Assembly (NCBI GenBank): GCA_014297435.1 | Contig: JACOQA010000001.1 | Coordinates: 215,796 to 279,795, forward strand | Reading direction: 5' to 3' | DNA from: Candidatus Nanohaloarchaea archaeon | GTDB taxonomy: Archaea; Nanohalarchaeota; Nanosalinia; Nanosalinales; Nanosalinaceae | Length of the DNA stretch: 64,000 nt | Shown: one piece after another, positions 47,665-57,357 of the stretch | How positions within the stretch are numbered: position 1 is the stretch's first letter | Layout of the letters: the number at the start of each line of letters is the position of its first letter | Position numbers and translations under genes: made by a program | The notes under the pieces: model-generated | Database searches by the model: none | The model's input: the letters and a program-made list of their open reading frames with translations, nothing else | Told to the model about the DNA's origin: nothing

Positions 47665-48801
47665 TCATATACCGGCTAAAAGCGAGGCGATGAAACCTAT
47701 CGATAGGAAAGTAGCCATAGCTGACCCTATCGTCACGAAGACGAACGTAAGCAGGATTCTTCCGACCTGGTTGTTCCAAAGTTCTCTGTAGCTATCTATC
47801 TTTGTTATTGTTTCTAGTTCACCTACTTTTGGTGGGTAGAACTTGGCTTCGCTGTAACCTGCGACCATGCCAGCGCCCAGTGCCGGATCTAGAGAAGTTA
47901 GAGGCGCTGCCAGGAAAGATATTAGCCAAGTCAGTGGGTGTGATCGAGCGATTACCGCTCCTAAACCTGCAAGCACTCCATTTGAAAGTATCCAGAAACT
48001 CAGTCCTTGTAGACCGGTCGAGTAATCTATCTGAGTAAAACTATATCCAAGACCTAGGATAACAAACGTTGGGATTCCATATTTCGCGATTTTCATCCAG
48101 GGAATACGATTAGTTGAATCAAGCTGTTCAACACTCTCTTTCTTCTCTGACTCAAGTATTTCAGCGATACCTTCCAGGTGTGCTGCGCCAACAACCACTA
48201 CAGCATGATTGAAGTCGTTTTCAAGTGTTTTTTCGGACATGAAACGGTTTCTTTCGTCCAGAAATACTTCTGAAAGCTTGGGGAACTGGTTTTCAAGCTC
48301 TGTTACAAGCGAATCGATAATATTCTCGTCCTTTATCTCCTCTACATCTAAGTCGATCTCATCCATGTAGAACAAGGTCAAAAGCTTCATCTTCTCCCAG
48401 AGAGACAACTCGGATCTTACACGTGAAAAAGTCTCGCTTATATCCCTGTCAACCAAAGCATAATCTATTTCTTTCTCCTCTGCCTTTTGAACGGCGGAAA
48501 GCATTTCTTCGCCAGGCTTAACACCTTGTTCCATTCCTATTCTTCTCTGGTAGATCGAAAGAAGGAGGTTTATGAAAAGTATAGAGCCTTTACCCTGTCT
48601 CAGGGCTTCCGCCACGTTCATATCCTTCCATCCTGACTCATCCCTAAGCGATTCGAACCGGTTCTCGTCCAGTTCTACACAGACAAGATCGGGATCGACC
48701 TCATCAATAGTGTTCTCGACTTCATCCTTGGATTCGGATGATACGTGTGCCGTGCCTACTAAAGTGACTTTTCTGTCTCCGAGATCTACTTCACGCCTCA
48801 C
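47665..48801 (-). CDS. TraB/PrgY/GumN family protein
   Basis: LVGTAHVS, VELD, PGEEM, DERN, VVGAAH, C-terminal TMs. Confidence 0.93.
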   Translation of the reverse strand: MRREVDLGDRKVTLVGTAHVSSESKDEVENTIDEVDPDLVCVELDENRFESLRDESGWKDMNVAEALRQGKGSILFINLLLSIYQRRIGMEQGVKPGEEMLSAVQKAEEKEIDYALVDRDISETFSRVRSELSLWEKMKLLTLFYMDEIDLDVEEIKDENIIDSLVTELENQFPKLSEVFLDERNRFMSEKTLENDFNHAVVVVGAAHLEGIAEILESEKKESVEQLDSTNRIPWMKIAKYGIPTFVILGLGYSFTQIDYSTGLQGLSFWILSNGVLAGLGAVIARSHPLTWLISFLAAPLTSLDPALGAGMVAGYSEAKFYPPKVGELETITKIDSYRELWNNQVGRILLTFVFVTIGSAMATFLSIGFIASLLAGI

Positions 48802-48855
48802 ACAAAAATTCCAGGGCTGGAGGCTTTTATACTCTTTAACAGTATACTGCGTGTC

Positions 48856-49419
48856 CTAGTAGGTGTTGTCAGGATCTTCCGGTAGAGAATCGTACTCAAA
48901 GCTATCGGATATTTCGTCAGAAAACGAACTTATTCTTTTACTCATCACTGCTTGTCGGGTGGGTACTTTGATATCTAGGTGCTGATAATCTTCGGGAACG
49001 TCTAAAGTGTCCTCGTATTGCCCGAACCCTATACTGATTGAGAGACCGTCCGGTCTGTTAAACCTTTCAGGATCCATTCTCTGGAAGAAAGGATGGTTAA
49101 CTTCTTCAGTAAACTCTTCATGGTCTTCAACGATATACAGGTCGAGAATAAATGGTTGTTCGTCAAGATCTTCTCTCTCCGTAAAGCTTTCTTCCCCGAC
49201 ATGCAGCTCTAACTCATGATCGTAATCTGCCATTAGTTCATCTAGTTGTCTAAGAGAGTCTGAGAAACGGGCTGATTCAACTATCTCATCCCATCTAGAC
49301 GGATCTGCTTCAAGATCTCCGTGATAATGCGCAACACCTTCTTCGTCCGTCGCCATATCATAGAGATCGTTCAATTCATCCCCTGATTCCTCTTCATCAA
49401 AATAATCGTCAGCCGTCAT
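48856..49419 (-). CDS. Very acidic hypothetical protein
   Basis: 187-aa ORF. Confidence 0.75.
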   Translation of the reverse strand: MTADDYFDEEESGDELNDLYDMATDEEGVAHYHGDLEADPSRWDEIVESARFSDSLRQLDELMADYDHELELHVGEESFTEREDLDEQPFILDLYIVEDHEEFTEEVNHPFFQRMDPERFNRPDGLSISIGFGQYEDTLDVPEDYQHLDIKVPTRQAVMSKRISSFSDEISDSFEYDSLPEDPDNTY

Positions 49420-49464
49420 TCTCCTATCCCCCCCTGTATTCGTTATTGGTGTTGAAGAAATAAA

Positions 49465-50307
49465 TTAGTAGAGGTTTGCCCTTCCCGTATCATGGTCGGA
49501 CAAGGCCTCGACACGGACCTCTATACCGTCTTCAGTCTCTCTATAGTTTTTGTTGATGACGATAGATACGTCGTCATCGGTTCCTGAAACCCGGAACTTG
49601 TAGTGGTTACCGCAATCCCTCATAGGGGTTCTCGGTATACCGGGTTGAGACTCATTGTTGGGATTAAAATCTTCCTCGTACTCGACCAAGAACTCAGCTA
49701 TCTCGTCAAGTTCTTGAAGGAGGCTTCCTGCAGCGGTCGCATCGTTGAATACGTTGTTTCCTTCAACCCTGTCGAACCCGACAAATGTAACATCTCCTTC
49801 AGGCACGGTGTAGCTTCCTTCTTCTACCATGTCAGAGTAGATGTCGGTTGGTCTCTCAAGCCCTATGTCCATAGTCTCTCTTTTTTCGTTTGGTTCTTTG
49901 CCGAATTCTGATTCTAGGGTTTCGGCTATTGCGGCGTGGTGTCCGGCAGCCATCAGGTCTCTGTCTGAGGTTGAGACTCTCCCATAGGGATCGACGATGC
50001 TTAGGTTGCCATCTGTTCCTATCGCTCCTATTATGTATGTTGATTTTCCTTCGACGCCGTCATAAACATCTATTGTTCCGTTGTCGAGATCAAGTCCAAC
50101 TCTCTGAACTCTTTCTGCTTCTGGAGCTTCGAACTCTTCGTTGACGATGTCCCAGGATTCTCTATTTGCTTGCCCTGGTTCGAGTTCTTGAAGTCCTTCT
50201 TCGAGGTCTTCAGCTGTAGCTACTTCTACCGGCGGTATCTCAACTTCCGGGTTCAGAAGTACAGCTTCCTCGTCTTCGTCCGGGCTATCTACTGCAGTCC
50301 ATCCCAT
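49465..50307 (-). CDS. Very acidic hypothetical protein
   Basis: 280-aa ORF. Confidence 0.78.
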   Translation of the reverse strand: MGWTAVDSPDEDEEAVLLNPEVEIPPVEVATAEDLEEGLQELEPGQANRESWDIVNEEFEAPEAERVQRVGLDLDNGTIDVYDGVEGKSTYIIGAIGTDGNLSIVDPYGRVSTSDRDLMAAGHHAAIAETLESEFGKEPNEKRETMDIGLERPTDIYSDMVEEGSYTVPEGDVTFVGFDRVEGNNVFNDATAAGSLLQELDEIAEFLVEYEEDFNPNNESQPGIPRTPMRDCGNHYKFRVSGTDDDVSIVINKNYRETEDGIEVRVEALSDHDTGRANLY

Positions 50308-50386
50308 ATGTTGTTATTAGATGGTAGTATTTTTATTGTTTTTGTTTTGATGTTCGGTTATCACAAAAATCTTGGGAAACATATAA

Positions 50387-50818
50387 TTGAAAGTGAGCGA
50401 TTACCAGATCCACTTCCTGAAATCAGAAAACTACATCCAAACCGTAGAAGTAGATCAGGAAAAGTTCGAACAACTAGGACTAGAAGGAAAAATGGGGGAG
50501 GAAGAAAGCTACTTTAACTTCAGATCCGGGTTCGATCCATTGGAACACCCTGATCTCGGGATTGATGGCTACAGCATTCTTGAAGCAGCTTACGAGGAAA
50601 ATCCACGTCTGCTTACTTCCGCAATAACTGACGAAAAACTAGAAGATATTTACGATAATATTGATGACAAAGTTGAGGACTTGAACCCTAAAGACATTTT
50701 TGAGGTAGCAGAGACATTTGACACGGTCGTAGCCTCAAACATCGAAAAATCGGAGCTAGGAGAGCTAGATAGAGGAGATTTCCTCGAAAGAGTTCACGTA
50801 GTTTACGAAAGAAGCTAG
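50387..50818 (+). CDS. Acidic hypothetical protein
   Basis: 143-aa ORF. Confidence 0.7.
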   Translation: MKVSDYQIHFLKSENYIQTVEVDQEKFEQLGLEGKMGEEESYFNFRSGFDPLEHPDLGIDGYSILEAAYEENPRLLTSAITDEKLEDIYDNIDDKVEDLNPKDIFEVAETFDTVVASNIEKSELGELDRGDFLERVHVVYERS

Positions 50819-51351
50819 TTTTTCAGCGTCCAGCGCTGCTCTACCTCACTGTTACCTACAACAAGCAAACCGTTCTCGGTTTCAATCCTCGACTTCCTCA
50901 GACCAACATCTCGGATAACCCCTTCGCCATCCTTCAAACTGACTCTATCTCCCTGACTGAAATCCCCGTCTTTGATAAGGTAGTAGCCGGCTACTGCATC
51001 TGCAACCATATCTTTTACAGCGAAAGCTACTCCTAGAGCTATGAAACCTGTTGCAGTTCCAAGACTAGCTGCAATCTCACCCATACCCAGGATTTTGAAC
51101 AAGGTTAGTGCGGCACCAAACCAGAGAAAGGTCGATAAAATAACAGATCCGAACTCTGCGATAGGTCTCTGATCTTCAGGCAATGTTTTCCTCAAACTTC
51201 TTCGAACTAGACCAGAAATCAGTTTTATTCCAATGTAGGCGGTTAATAGGAATAAAATGCCGGAGATTACAGATGGCATTGATCCAGTAATTCCAGCGAA
51301 AAGACGGTTGAGGACTTCCTCGAAAGTTTTTGATGCCCCTGATAACAGCAT
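50815..51351 (-). CDS. Short MscS-family protein
   Basis: ALGVAFAVKD..AG...FSQGDRV..G.IRDVGLRKS. Confidence 0.88.
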   Translation of the reverse strand: MLLSGASKTFEEVLNRLFAGITGSMPSVISGILFLLTAYIGIKLISGLVRRSLRKTLPEDQRPIAEFGSVILSTFLWFGAALTLFKILGMGEIAASLGTATGFIALGVAFAVKDMVADAVAGYYLIKDGDFSQGDRVSLKDGEGVIRDVGLRKSRIETENGLLVVGNSEVEQRWTLKN

Positions 51352-51480
51352 AATAACAATTTATGTCCCAGTTGAATAAAAGTAGGTCTGTTCTTCAGAC
51401 TCATAGCTTAGCATCAGCTAGATATTTCAAACAGATGGATTTACTCCAGTAAAAATCTTAGAATTGAGCCAGTAGAAATG

Positions 51481-52494
51481 CTAGGTAAACTCCTTTATCG
51501 TGGCTTTTTCCTTTCTTAAGTTTCCTTGGATGCTTTCCGCCACAGCCTTAGCCAGGTTTACAGGGACTGCATTTCCAATCATCTTGTATCCGTCTCTGAC
51601 TTTGTCATATTTCAGGTTGAAATCGTCAGGGAATGTCTGGAGTTTGGCAGCTTCACGGATACTGTACCTGCGGTACTTGTCCTCATGACCTTCTTTGAAC
51701 TTCCAGTTATCCTTCTCTATCTTGGTCATCTTTGGTGCTTTAGGATGTATTTTTTGATGCCTTGCGTTCGCTTGAACCGTGTAAGCGGGTTCATCCCAGG
51801 ATCTTACCCTGTTTCTGGACATGTATCTCGAGGAGTAACCTCCAACATAGTGTTCGTGGTTAGGAAGCTCTAAATCTTCCAAGTCGTGAGGTTCCCCTTC
51901 AGTAGGTTTGGATTCTGGCATGCCTCTTAAGACTTCCTGACCCATTTTCTCATCACTGCCTTCAGGGAACTCATAATCAAAATCAATATCCTCCCGAATT
52001 CCCACAATTATTACTCTCTTCCTTTCTTGGGGAACGCCATAGTAAGAAGCGTTCATCTTTTTGTACTTAACATCGTAGCCAATCTCCTTAAATTTCTCAA
52101 TAATCTCTTTGAATTCTTCTATATTACTTTTAGATATAATGCCAGGCACGTTTTCGGCTACAAAGAATTTTGGCTTCTTGTGTTCGATAATCTCTATATA
52201 ATTGTAGAAAACAGCGCCTCTTTCATCTTCACTTCCTCTAAGGTGGTTACCTGCTAAAGACCAGCTTTGACAAGGCGGTCCTCCTATTATACCGTCGCAG
52301 TCAGGCAGAGAATCGTAATCCAGTTCTCTTATGTCTTCTACCTCTAACTCTGTTTCATGATTCTCGTCATAAGTCTCTTTCAAGAATTCGGCATAATCTG
52401 TGGCAAATACTATGTCGTACCCTGCTTTCTTGAATCCTAGGTCAAGACCGCCACATCCTGAAAACAGAGATATAATTTTGTCTCCTTCCTCCAT
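51481..52494 (-). CDS. C5-cytosine DNA methyltransferase, M.HaeIII-like (probably GGCC)
   Basis: FSGCGG, GPPCQSWS, ENV, QERKR; TRD MSRNRVR.W.EPA.TVQA as in M.HaeIII. Confidence 0.93.
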   Translation of the reverse strand: MEEGDKIISLFSGCGGLDLGFKKAGYDIVFATDYAEFLKETYDENHETELEVEDIRELDYDSLPDCDGIIGGPPCQSWSLAGNHLRGSEDERGAVFYNYIEIIEHKKPKFFVAENVPGIISKSNIEEFKEIIEKFKEIGYDVKYKKMNASYYGVPQERKRVIIVGIREDIDFDYEFPEGSDEKMGQEVLRGMPESKPTEGEPHDLEDLELPNHEHYVGGYSSRYMSRNRVRSWDEPAYTVQANARHQKIHPKAPKMTKIEKDNWKFKEGHEDKYRRYSIREAAKLQTFPDDFNLKYDKVRDGYKMIGNAVPVNLAKAVAESIQGNLRKEKATIKEFT

Positions 52495-52498
52495 GATC

Positions 52499-53380
52499 CT
52501 ACACTATCACTTCAAACATTAAAGCATTTATTCTGTTGGCAGGATTCTCTGGATCTGGTATATCTATCTCCTCGACTCTGACGTCTTCACTCTCTCTAAC
52601 CTTTTGTTTCTTATCTTCAGGCAGTTTATCAAACTTTGAAATCCGCATAACTACGAAAAGTGGCTGTCCATTTTCGATCTTAGCTTTATAATCGTCTATG
52701 TGCTGTGAGAAATAATTTGCGGGATGTGACATTATCCACATTCCTCTGATCCGGAGTTTGGTTCTTCCTAAGGGATCTGTTTCATGAACCTTTCCGATTT
52801 CATTCGTGTCAGAACTTAAGTTACCGTAGTTAAGTTCTCCGACCGCTTCCGTAATTTTTTCCGAGAGGTTTTCCGATAATTTTCTGTAAATACTGTCTGG
52901 AGCAGACCAACAATCGCCATAGACCATCCACATGAAGTCTAGGTCGCTTTCTCCTCTAGGAACTCTACCTAATGTGTAGACTAAATCTTTTTCCTCCCAG
53001 CCCCCGATATCATTTTCACAGTTTCTACAGGCTTCAGTTATTCTTTCATAAGAGCTGCTAAGTTTTTGGTGAGGGTGAGAGCTATTAAGCTGTATTGAAC
53101 CAGCTTTTGAAGTTGTCTTCTTTACTTCAAATGCCTCTCCTCCTTCGATCATAAAGTCGGGAGGGTGGTTCTTGTTTCCTAACCACGAAAAATGCTTGGA
53201 GTATTCCTTTTCTTTTTCATCCTTGGTTTCTTTGTCAAATGAACCGCAAAATAGATCCATGTTGAAGTATTCAAGTCGGTCTCCTACCCTGTTTATCCTG
53301 TTAGTGCTGGAGTAAATTTCCGACATACTCCGGTTTTCCATTTCTGAATAGTTAATTATAGCATCAAGGATATCTACCAT
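52499..53380 (-). CDS. Type II restriction endonuclease, NgoPII family
   Basis: NRINRVGDRLE, LGNKNHPPD..EVKK, LNSSHP, DPLGRTKLRIRGMW. Confidence 0.92.
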   Translation of the reverse strand: MVDILDAIINYSEMENRSMSEIYSSTNRINRVGDRLEYFNMDLFCGSFDKETKDEKEKEYSKHFSWLGNKNHPPDFMIEGGEAFEVKKTTSKAGSIQLNSSHPHQKLSSSYERITEACRNCENDIGGWEEKDLVYTLGRVPRGESDLDFMWMVYGDCWSAPDSIYRKLSENLSEKITEAVGELNYGNLSSDTNEIGKVHETDPLGRTKLRIRGMWIMSHPANYFSQHIDDYKAKIENGQPLFVVMRISKFDKLPEDKKQKVRESEDVRVEEIDIPDPENPANRINALMFEVIV

Positions 53381-53652
53381 AAAGGTATGTTTTAGGACTG
53401 CTAATAAGAAAGTTAAGAGTCAATTAGACAGTTTAAACCGACACCTGCTCAAATGACCAGACCTACTAAAAATTAAGTGAAGCACCAGATTAATTTATTG
53501 ATTACAAGTAACATATTGTGGGCTCAGGAAGGTCTGGTCGGGATCGTGGAGGCTTCGAAGCTTGAGAACAATATTAGTGAGCTGTTATTGGAGAAGATTT
53601 CTCTCTAAAACAAACCATGTTGTTTTTATCATTTGCACATAGCAAATTACAC

Positions 53653-54837
53653 ATGGGGGTCTTGGGTCCACTTAAACGCAACGCCGAAGAGCTGGAAGAG
53701 CTGAAAGAAACTTATTCCGGTATGATCGGCATGACTAAAGAGAACTTGGAAAGGTACGCAGGTGCTATTCTCAACGACCGACACGACCTTATGGATGAAG
53801 AGGATCCTTTCTTCTTCCTGGTATGGAGAGACGATGACGTCATGGATATCAGCTCCATAGAAGAGCTGGAAAAGGAGATAGAAAACCTAGAGATGCTTAA
53901 AGAGGACGTCTCACTGAGCGCTTTGAGCGGGAAGTACGCCGAAATATTTGCGAAAAAGAAAGACGTTGAACCTGATTACGAAAACCCATTAGAAAGCTAC
54001 GGGGAACTAGATGAGGTTGAAAACCAGCTGGAAAATCTTCATGAATCTATAGACAGTAAGATAGTTGAACAGTTCGATCTTGATCAGGACAGAGCCGAAC
54101 AGGAATACGATATGGTTGATTACAAAGTCCTGGAGATATTCTACACCTTTTCCGACCACATTACCGCACTTCCTATACCTGAAGCAATAACCGAAGCAAA
54201 ACAGAACATCAAACATGAAAAAGAAAATCTTCTTGCAAAGGCTGTGGATGAACACAGAGAACATAAAGAAAGCATAGAGCACAAATATGAACGAACCGAG
54301 ATCCCTCTGGAACCTGTTGACTGGGAGCAGGTCGTTGAAGAAGAAAAAATCAAAGACTTCATGGATATCTCAGACATGCCTACCGTGACCTACGGCGACA
54401 CCCTTCACTTGATGATGGAGCAGAAAGCCGAAGACATCGAAGGCGTCGAACCGGAGTACCCGCTTCACTTCCTTAACAAGGGAAGGAGCAAAGATGTGGA
54501 CAGGGAAACTAGAATCGATAACACCTTGCGACCTGACGCGGTGGACGACCTATTTGTCTACGAGTTCAAGCACTTACCTAAAAAGCAGAAAGAGTTCCTC
54601 GAGCAGAACGGGGAAGTCGAGATGAACGGCAAACACAAGGAAAATGTAGAACAGGTAAACATGTACTTGAACGAACTAGATCTGCCGGCAGGAATGCTCG
54701 TCTACATCTCATCCGATATGGAAATAAAAGAGTACGTGGTGGAAAGATTCGACGAAAGAGACGGGGAAAACGGTTACAGTGAATTCATACACGAGCGAGA
54801 GGATTACAACTTCGAAACCATCGGTTCAAAACTTTAA
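53653..54837 (+). CDS. Helical N-terminus plus C-terminal PD-(D/E)xK (RecB-like) nuclease domain
   Basis: GDTLH, RPD..YEFK, EQVNMY motifs; no Cys cluster. Confidence 0.75.
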   Translation: MGVLGPLKRNAEELEELKETYSGMIGMTKENLERYAGAILNDRHDLMDEEDPFFFLVWRDDDVMDISSIEELEKEIENLEMLKEDVSLSALSGKYAEIFAKKKDVEPDYENPLESYGELDEVENQLENLHESIDSKIVEQFDLDQDRAEQEYDMVDYKVLEIFYTFSDHITALPIPEAITEAKQNIKHEKENLLAKAVDEHREHKESIEHKYERTEIPLEPVDWEQVVEEEKIKDFMDISDMPTVTYGDTLHLMMEQKAEDIEGVEPEYPLHFLNKGRSKDVDRETRIDNTLRPDAVDDLFVYEFKHLPKKQKEFLEQNGEVEMNGKHKENVEQVNMYLNELDLPAGMLVYISSDMEIKEYVVERFDERDGENGYSEFIHEREDYNFETIGSKL

Positions 54838-54871
54838 AAACCAATAATTACACGAATAAGAGGAGAAGAGC

Positions 54872-55987
54872 ATGAAACAATTTTTAGAAGACTTTAAAAA
54901 CCAGGTAAGACAAGAGGCAGAGGATTACCTCACTCAAGAAGGCTTGATCCCTTTAATGATGCCTGAGATAGAGGTTGAGGTAAATCCGGAAACCCGAGAG
55001 ATGGTGTATGAACCGGACGAAAATATTTACAAGGAGGCTTCCGAGAAAGTTCAGGAAATGACTGCTGAGGAAATTCTGGATGAAGCGGAAGAAACTGAGT
55101 TTGAGAACTCAGAACCAGTTTCACAAGATGATAATATATCTACGAAAGGTCATTTCTCCCCGGGAACTGGTGAAGCAGATGCCGAAATAACTGTCAACCT
55201 TACACCTTTCGACCTCTTACCATACAGAACCAGTTCAGCAGGAACTTATAGTGGCTGGGCGAACGATAACCTGGAACAGGAACCTGAAAGTATAGTTAAT
55301 CAGTTGGAAGGCTCAGTCGATCTTTGCCCGGCAAGTAGTGCTGCAGAAACGATTTTCTTCACGTTACAGCAAGAAGCGGAACTCAAACAAAACAAGCCTT
55401 CAGAAATTCCAGACCCAGTCAAAAAGATCTACAAACAAGTGGTTGAGAATCAAAAGGAGGAGGCAGTTGCTACAGGAGTTCATGAAGCCGCCCATGCCAA
55501 GTTTAACGAAGATTATGACTTTAAGTTTCCAGATCTTTCGGATAAAGAGATAGAGCGGATAATGGAGTGTATCCAAAATCAGAGAGAAGGATATGGGTTA
55601 GTCGATGATGAGCTAAATAGTCAGTGGATAGATGCTATAGAGAAAGTTGCAGGTGAGGACGAAGCACGGCAGTATAGAGAGTTCATCCGGTTAAGTGGAG
55701 TTGATGAGGTCTACGCCAGACTGGTCGAGCAGAGCTACAGAAAAAGCGATATCACAGACTTGGATAGAGATGATCTGTATGAGGAAGGAAGTTCCTGGGG
55801 TGAGGCTGGCTATGAATCATTCAATCCTTTCACTATTGAGGAGGGTGATCCTGCCCGGGTCTCAGGAGTCAAAGTAGAAAGACTTAGAGACTATGTGGTG
55901 GAAAATGGTCTTGACTCTGTCCTGAAAATGTCTTCAAGGCAGTTATTGGATCAGTTTTATGATGAAGAATCTGAGTCCGACGTTTAA
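54872..55987 (+). CDS. Hypothetical protein with HExxH zincin-like motif
   Basis: GVHEAAH plus downstream DEVYA. Confidence 0.65.
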   Translation: MKQFLEDFKNQVRQEAEDYLTQEGLIPLMMPEIEVEVNPETREMVYEPDENIYKEASEKVQEMTAEEILDEAEETEFENSEPVSQDDNISTKGHFSPGTGEADAEITVNLTPFDLLPYRTSSAGTYSGWANDNLEQEPESIVNQLEGSVDLCPASSAAETIFFTLQQEAELKQNKPSEIPDPVKKIYKQVVENQKEEAVATGVHEAAHAKFNEDYDFKFPDLSDKEIERIMECIQNQREGYGLVDDELNSQWIDAIEKVAGEDEARQYREFIRLSGVDEVYARLVEQSYRKSDITDLDRDDLYEEGSSWGEAGYESFNPFTIEEGDPARVSGVKVERLRDYVVENGLDSVLKMSSRQLLDQFYDEESESDV

Positions 55988-56041
55988 TCACTAGGGATAT
56001 AATTATAATGGTGGGAAAAACGAGGGGGTGGAGAGGTCTTT

Positions 56042-56347
56042 TTAGACCTCTTTAGCTTTCTCTAATGTCTCCTCCAGATCAACGTTCTTCCTTAAACAGA
56101 ACGCCTCAAAGTTTTCCGGTTCGTAAACCAGTTCAAGGGCGTCGGCTTGGAAATAACCGTCCACGTCAGGATCTGTATCGATGATTCGAACACTCATGTA
56201 ATCTTCAGTGGTTTCATCTCTGCCGTAAGGACCATACTTGATGTCCAGCTCCTCAATCCTTCTGAAGGTCTCATCTACGTCGAAGCATAGCTCGTCCTCG
56301 ATTGTTTCGACGTACTCCTGGTTGTTTTCGACCAGTAATTGCTGCAT
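56042..56347 (-). CDS. Acidic hypothetical protein
   Basis: SD GGAGGTGA before ATG 56347; 101 aa. Confidence 0.75.
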   Translation of the reverse strand: MQQLLVENNQEYVETIEDELCFDVDETFRRIEELDIKYGPYGRDETTEDYMSVRIIDTDPDVDGYFQADALELVYEPENFEAFCLRKNVDLEETLEKAKEV

Positions 56348-56437
56348 GGAACTCACCTCCAAGACTATAAACAGGTCTCAAGACGAACGGAGGTTTTACG
56401 TAAAAACTGTGAGGGTTAGTTGAACTTGGAATGCATA

Positions 56438-56510
56438 GAAAAACGTCCACCTCCTAGAAATTGCTGAATCCGGTTAAAACATGTTCTGGGCGGCGGAAAA
56501 ACGTCCACCT
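56438..56510. repeat. 15-bp direct repeat GAAAAACGTCCACCT x2
   Basis: Exact copies at 56438-56452 and 56496-56510. Confidence 0.85.
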
Positions 56511-56640
56511 TTAGTTCTCAGCTGGAAGTGGTCGTACATAGGTGTAAATGCGAGTTTAGTGTTTATAAAATCGGTTTTTCGCAGAAAAATTCTACACGAG
56601 GACGGGCAGATTGTAAGCTATACGAAAATTTGCTTGAGGC

Positions 56641-57357
56641 TTACGATGAAAAGGCATCTAATTTTTCCTTACTGAAGACAAGTTTAGAACTGTTTTCTGA
56701 AAGCCATCTATTTGATTTCTTGTAGTTCGGATATATTTCTCTCACACGGGACCAGAATTTTTCGTTATGATTCTGCTCCTCCAGATGAACTAGTTCATGC
56801 ACTACCACGTATTCTAGGACATGTTCTGGACCTAGAATTAGCCGCCAATTAAAATTGAGGTTTCCTCGGCTTGAACAGCTTCCCCATCTAGTCTCTTGAT
56901 CTCTTATAAATACTCTATCGTATTCCTCAGATACTTGATCCGAATATTTCTCAACTCTTTCCTCAACTATTCTTCGGCACTCCTCCCGCAACAACTTTTC
57001 TAACTGATCCTCTAGAGAGGTTCTATTCACCAAATGTTCGGCGAGATAAACTTTGTCCGAAACTTTGTTCGACCGTCTTTTCTCTATCGTTATCTCTTTT
57101 TTATCACCTAATAACGAGATTTTTCCACCTTCCTCCAAGTTTCTGTCCGGGATCTTTCGCTTAAACCTTAGGAACTCTTTTCTCTTCTTCAAAACCCAAT
57201 CCTTTTTCTTTACAAGAAGGTCTTCAGAGTTCTCTTCAGCTTCTTCAGGGAGAACAACGGTAAAGTTTCCTAGTTTATGGTCAATTCTAGGTCTTGAAGC
57301 CTCTTCACTTACTCGAACCTCATAGGGAACTTTCATTCCTTCAATTTTGGTTTCCAT
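56641..57357 (-). CDS. YgjP/DUF45 metal-dependent hydrolase associated with type I RM
   Basis: RWGSCS, HELVH, NHNEKFW; start overlaps end of hsdR. Confidence 0.92.
   Translation of the reverse strand: METKIEGMKVPYEVRVSEEASRPRIDHKLGNFTVVLPEEAEENSEDLLVKKKDWVLKKRKEFLRFKRKIPDRNLEEGGKISLLGDKKEITIEKRRSNKVSDKVYLAEHLVNRTSLEDQLEKLLREECRRIVEERVEKYSDQVSEEYDRVFIRDQETRWGSCSSRGNLNFNWRLILGPEHVLEYVVVHELVHLEEQNHNEKFWSRVREIYPNYKKSNRWLSENSSKLVFSKEKLDAFSS

Noticed and set aside
53455-53539. 10-bp inverted repeat GACCAGACCT/AGGTCTGGTC upstream of the nuclease (possible guide RNA or MITE)
   Set aside because: A few such repeats are expected by chance in 64 kb; no target-site duplication or internal structure; the region may be a gene remnant
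53653-54837. Cas4 call
   Set aside because: No four-Cys Fe-S cluster and no cas genes or array nearby
56011-56030. ORB-like G-string (GAAAAACGAGGGGGT) suggesting a replication origin
   Set aside because: No TTCCA..GAAAC core and no cdc6 gene; more simply the terminator region of convergent genes
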